Below are positions 35,122 to 37,635 of a stretch of DNA of 37,635 nucleotides, in pieces. Position 1 is the first letter of the stretch, and every line of letters starts with the position of its first letter. The notes below the pieces were generated by a model. That model was given only the letters and a program-made list of their open reading frames with translations, made no database searches and had not been told where the DNA came from. This stretch comes from a virus. Lineage: Duplodnaviria; Caudoviricetes. Position numbers and translations under genes: made by a program. Location: positions 1 through 37,635 of IMG/VR virus record IMGVR_UViG_3300020598_000121. The stretch is one strand, 5' to 3'.

Positions 35122-35141
35122 TGGTTGTCCTTTCTTGCCAT

Positions 35142-35177
35142 GGCCGTCAGATGTGTCCGCATCTGACGGCCTCTTTC
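35142..35177 (+). terminator. Intrinsic terminator-like hairpin
   Basis: 12-bp stem GGCCGTCAGATG/CATCTGACGGCC followed by TCTTTC. Confidence 0.65.
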
Positions 35178-35380
35178 GTGTGGGGCCTGGCGGCATCGGT
35201 CGCCGCGTTACCTCCGCAGTGTCGAATGTTGCTGCGGGTGTGCACCTTTCAACCCGTGGGCAGGTGTATCCACTGGCGCGCTCGCCAGGCCAAAATGTTG
35301 CACTGTGAAGTTGTCAAAGGGCATGCACCATCGCCCGGGCTTGCAGCACGGTTGGAGGTGAAGCTGAGGAGTTGAGTCCG

Positions 35381-35605
35381 CTATGCGGTGCGGAGCTTTC
35401 TGCCCGATTTGGATGCCGGCTTTTCGCCGCGGATCCATCGATCGAGAGCCTGGGTGGTGGTCAGCCACGGATTGGTGGGCTTGCCGTTGATCTGATGCCC
35501 TTCCAGATCGCGAGCACGCAGCGCGTTATAGATGGTGTGGACACCCACCCGCGCGTATTCTGCGGCCTCTTTGACCGTGAGGTACGGCGACGGCGGGGCG
35601 CTCAT
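35381..35605 (-). CDS. Excisionase-like HTH protein
   Basis: YLTVKEAAEYARVGVHTIY...LDRWI; coupled to cro. Confidence 0.8.
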   Translation of the reverse strand: MSAPPSPYLTVKEAAEYARVGVHTIYNALRARDLEGHQINGKPTNPWLTTTQALDRWIRGEKPASKSGRKLRTA

Positions 35606-35838
35606 GCAACGAGCTTCGCCGCGAGGCACTTCTCAGGGATGAGATCACCGAGCTTGACGTCGAGAACCCGGGCGATGCACACGAGCTCGGCAAGGCGAAA
35701 CGAGGAACTTCCGTTCAGCCGGCGCTTGAGTGTTGTGAATGGGATGCCCGTATCCTCTGACAGTGAGGCGATGGTCGCGCCGGCGCCTTTGTAGGCGGTT
35801 CGCACGGCCTCGGCTGTGAGTGTGTCGATTTGGACCAT
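35602..35838 (-). CDS. Cro-like HTH protein
   Basis: LSEDTGIPFTTLKRRLNG XRE-type HTH; divergent from the repressor. Confidence 0.8.
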   Translation of the reverse strand: MVQIDTLTAEAVRTAYKGAGATIASLSEDTGIPFTTLKRRLNGSSSFRLAELVCIARVLDVKLGDLIPEKCLAAKLVA

Positions 35839-35951
35839 GCGGACTAGATTAAGGACCGTATGGTCCAAATGTCAAGGATGCCATTCGCCGATTTGGTCAG
35901 ATTGGGCCTGAATTGCATCACTCCGGTCCAAAATGTGGTCTAATGTGACCT
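35828..35951. promoter_or_regulatory. Divergent lysis/lysogeny promoters and operators
   Basis: Minus strand: TTGACA (35875-35870), N18, TAATCT (35851-35846). Plus strand: TAATGT at 35941. GGACC-N4-GGTCC dyad at 35853-35866 and repeated GGTCCAAAT-like motifs. Confidence 0.75.
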
Positions 35952-36197
35952 ATGGATATAGACAATCTGAATGCAATGATCGGCGACGAGATTCGCGTCG
36001 CTCGCGCCCGGCGCAAGCTGAGCCGAGCGGCACTGGCAGAGGCGTCCGGACTTAGCCCAAAGACCGTGCAACGCATCGAGAACGGCGAGCGCCCCGCAGA
36101 TGTCAGCCAAATGGCAGCAATCTGCGGGGCGCTGAATGAGTCGATCGTGGCGCTAGTTGAGCGAGCAGTGACGCGGGCGGACGACTTCCCGAAGTAG
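35952..36197 (+). CDS. Immunity repressor (XRE HTH, no peptidase domain)
   Basis: IRVARARRKLSRAALAEASGLSPKTVQRIENGER; divergent from cro. Confidence 0.85.
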   Translation: MDIDNLNAMIGDEIRVARARRKLSRAALAEASGLSPKTVQRIENGERPADVSQMAAICGALNESIVALVERAVTRADDFPK

Positions 36198-36374
36198 CGG
36201 GCGCCAATCCTCACCGAGCGCGCGAGCGATCACTACGACTTCAGCCGTAGTGAACTTACGCTCCCCCAGGATCAACCGCTTCACATGCCGAGGGGGTCGC
36301 TTGATGAGGTCAGCGACCTGGTCGATCGATATCCGGTCAGCAACAACCGTTGCTTCGTGCAGTACCGACATCAT
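36153..36374 (-). CDS. Small XRE-like HTH protein, candidate SOS-induced antirepressor
   Basis: ISIDQVADLI..HVKRLILGERKFT..IARALG; SOS box upstream. Confidence 0.65.
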   Translation of the reverse strand: MMSVLHEATVVADRISIDQVADLIKRPPRHVKRLILGERKFTTAEVVVIARALGEDWRPLLREVVRPRHCSLN

Positions 36375-36392
36375 CTCAACACCACCCTGTGT

Positions 36393-36408
36393 TCGATCAT
36401 ATGTTCGA
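36393..36408. promoter_or_regulatory. LexA (SOS) box
   Basis: TCGATC-ATAT-GTTCGA, one mismatch from the actinobacterial consensus TCGAAC-N4-GTTCGA. Confidence 0.7.
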
Positions 36409-36486
36409 TTTAGGACATTCAAGCACAATCCTGCACAGCAGTACACGATCCGTGTTGTTCATCAACTACAAGCCCAGCGAGGTTTC

Positions 36487-37635
36487 ATGGCCACCGTGAA
36501 GTCGTACGACACCGCGAAGGGCAAGCGGTACCGCGTCCGCTATCGCACCCCGGAAGGGCGGCAGACCGACAAGCGCGGCTTTCTCACCAAGAAGGCCGCC
36601 GAGGCATACGCCGCCACTGTCGAGGTCGACAAACTGCAAGGCAGCTACGTCGCACAGTCCGCCGGCCGGGTCACCGTCGGCGAGCTCGGGCCCGATTGGC
36701 TCGCCCGCCAGAAGACGCACATGAAGCCATCCGCGCATCGATCCCTCGACTCGGCGTGGCGTGTGCACGTCGAACCACGGTGGGGCAACACTCCGGTCAA
36801 CGCCATCCGATACAGCGCGGTGCACTCGTGGATCGCCGAGATCGCCGTCGACCGGAAAGCCACCGTCGTCCAGACCGCACACTCGGTGCTCAACCGGATC
36901 CTTGAGGACGCCGTCCGGGACCGGCTGATCGCGGCGAACCCGGCCGCGAAGATCAAGTTGCCCCGCAAGGTGCGCAAGAAGAACACCTACCTGACCGACG
37001 CCCAGGTGCACCAGCTCGCCGCCGAAGCCGGACGGTACCGGTCCCTCGTGCTGTTGCTGTCCTATCTTGGACTGCGCTGGGGTGAGGCCGCCGGGCTGCG
37101 CGTCGCGGACATCGACTTCCTACGCCGGCGCATCCTGCTCCACGAGAACGCCGTGCAGGTCGGATCCGAGATGGTCGTCGGCACTCTCAAGAGCCACAAA
37201 AACCGCACGGTGCCGATCCCGCGGTTCCTCATCGAGGAGCTGGCACGCACCTGCGAGGGCAAGGAGACCACCGACCTGCTGTGGCCGGGGCGCGGCGGGA
37301 AGCATCAGGGCCCGCCGTCGGCGCACGACTCGTGGCTGTCCGGTGCGGTGGAGCGGTGCCAGCGAGCAGCTGACGAGGCCCGGAAGCTCGAGGGTGACGA
37401 GCCTGTCACGCCGCGGTTCCCTCGGGTCACAGCGCACGATCTGCGGCACACTGCGGCGTCGCTGGCGATCGCCTCGGGGGCGAACGTGAAGGCGGTTCAG
37501 CGGATGCTCGGTCACGCGTCGGCGGCGATGACGCTGGATGTGTACGCGGACCTGTTCGACGACGATCTGGACGCTGTCGCAGACCGCCTGGACGAGCGTG
37601 TGGCGAATCTGGGTGTGGGCAAAAAGTGGGCATAA
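36487..37635 (+). CDS. int: Tyrosine integrase
   Basis: GLRWGE, K, HDLRH, LGH and Y (DVY) catalytic residues; N-terminal arm-binding segment YRVRYR..KRGF. Confidence 0.96.
   Translation: MATVKSYDTAKGKRYRVRYRTPEGRQTDKRGFLTKKAAEAYAATVEVDKLQGSYVAQSAGRVTVGELGPDWLARQKTHMKPSAHRSLDSAWRVHVEPRWGNTPVNAIRYSAVHSWIAEIAVDRKATVVQTAHSVLNRILEDAVRDRLIAANPAAKIKLPRKVRKKNTYLTDAQVHQLAAEAGRYRSLVLLLSYLGLRWGEAAGLRVADIDFLRRRILLHENAVQVGSEMVVGTLKSHKNRTVPIPRFLIEELARTCEGKETTDLLWPGRGGKHQGPPSAHDSWLSGAVERCQRAADEARKLEGDEPVTPRFPRVTAHDLRHTAASLAIASGANVKAVQRMLGHASAAMTLDVYADLFDDDLDAVADRLDERVANLGVGKKWA
37615..37635 (+). repeat. Direct repeat GTGGGCA(A/T)AA x2, candidate integrase arm-type sites
   Basis: Tandem 10-mers at the int 3' end, where an att site is expected nearby. 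Confidence 0.5.

Larger units (their letters stand above)
1..37635. mobile_element. Temperate actinobacteriophage or prophage (partial)
   Basis: Integration, immunity, replication, packaging, head, tail and lysis modules. Gene order with cos internal and int at the edge fits an integrated prophage. Confidence 0.95.

Noticed and set aside
1-37635. Diversity-generating retroelement, retron, toxin-antitoxin or restriction-modification system
   Set aside because: No reverse transcriptase, methyltransferase or recognisable toxin motifs, and no long template/variable repeat pair noticed.

Overview
This window is most of a temperate actinobacteriophage (siphovirus-type) genome or prophage. High GC, actinobacterial-type SOS box and gene content suggest a Gordonia/Rhodococcus-like Mycobacteriales host (inference). 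Almost all genes are on the minus strand. Reading right to left: tyrosine integrase; small HTH gene with an SOS box; short repressor and divergent cro; xis; a plus-strand membrane-protein insert; antirepressor; a chain of small coupled early genes; RecE/RecT; DnaQ-like exonuclease; HNH; a replication-initiator region with iterons and two perfect DnaA boxes; RusA; a putative late regulator; a structured non-coding region; two HNH genes; putative cos; terminases; portal; ClpP protease/scaffold; capsid; head-tail joining genes; major tail; two tail chaperones; tape measure; minor tails; and a lysis cassette embedded among tail genes, ending in a partial Gly-rich tail gene. The most notable points are (1) a LexA-box-controlled HTH gene converging on a peptidase-less repressor, (2) tail chaperones made by domain duplication with an in-frame TGA instead of a frameshift, (3) a possible dual-strand coding locus before the antirepressor, (4) a four-hairpin non-coding element, and (5) host DnaA boxes in the phage origin. 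All calls come from reading the sequence by eye; no database searches were run.
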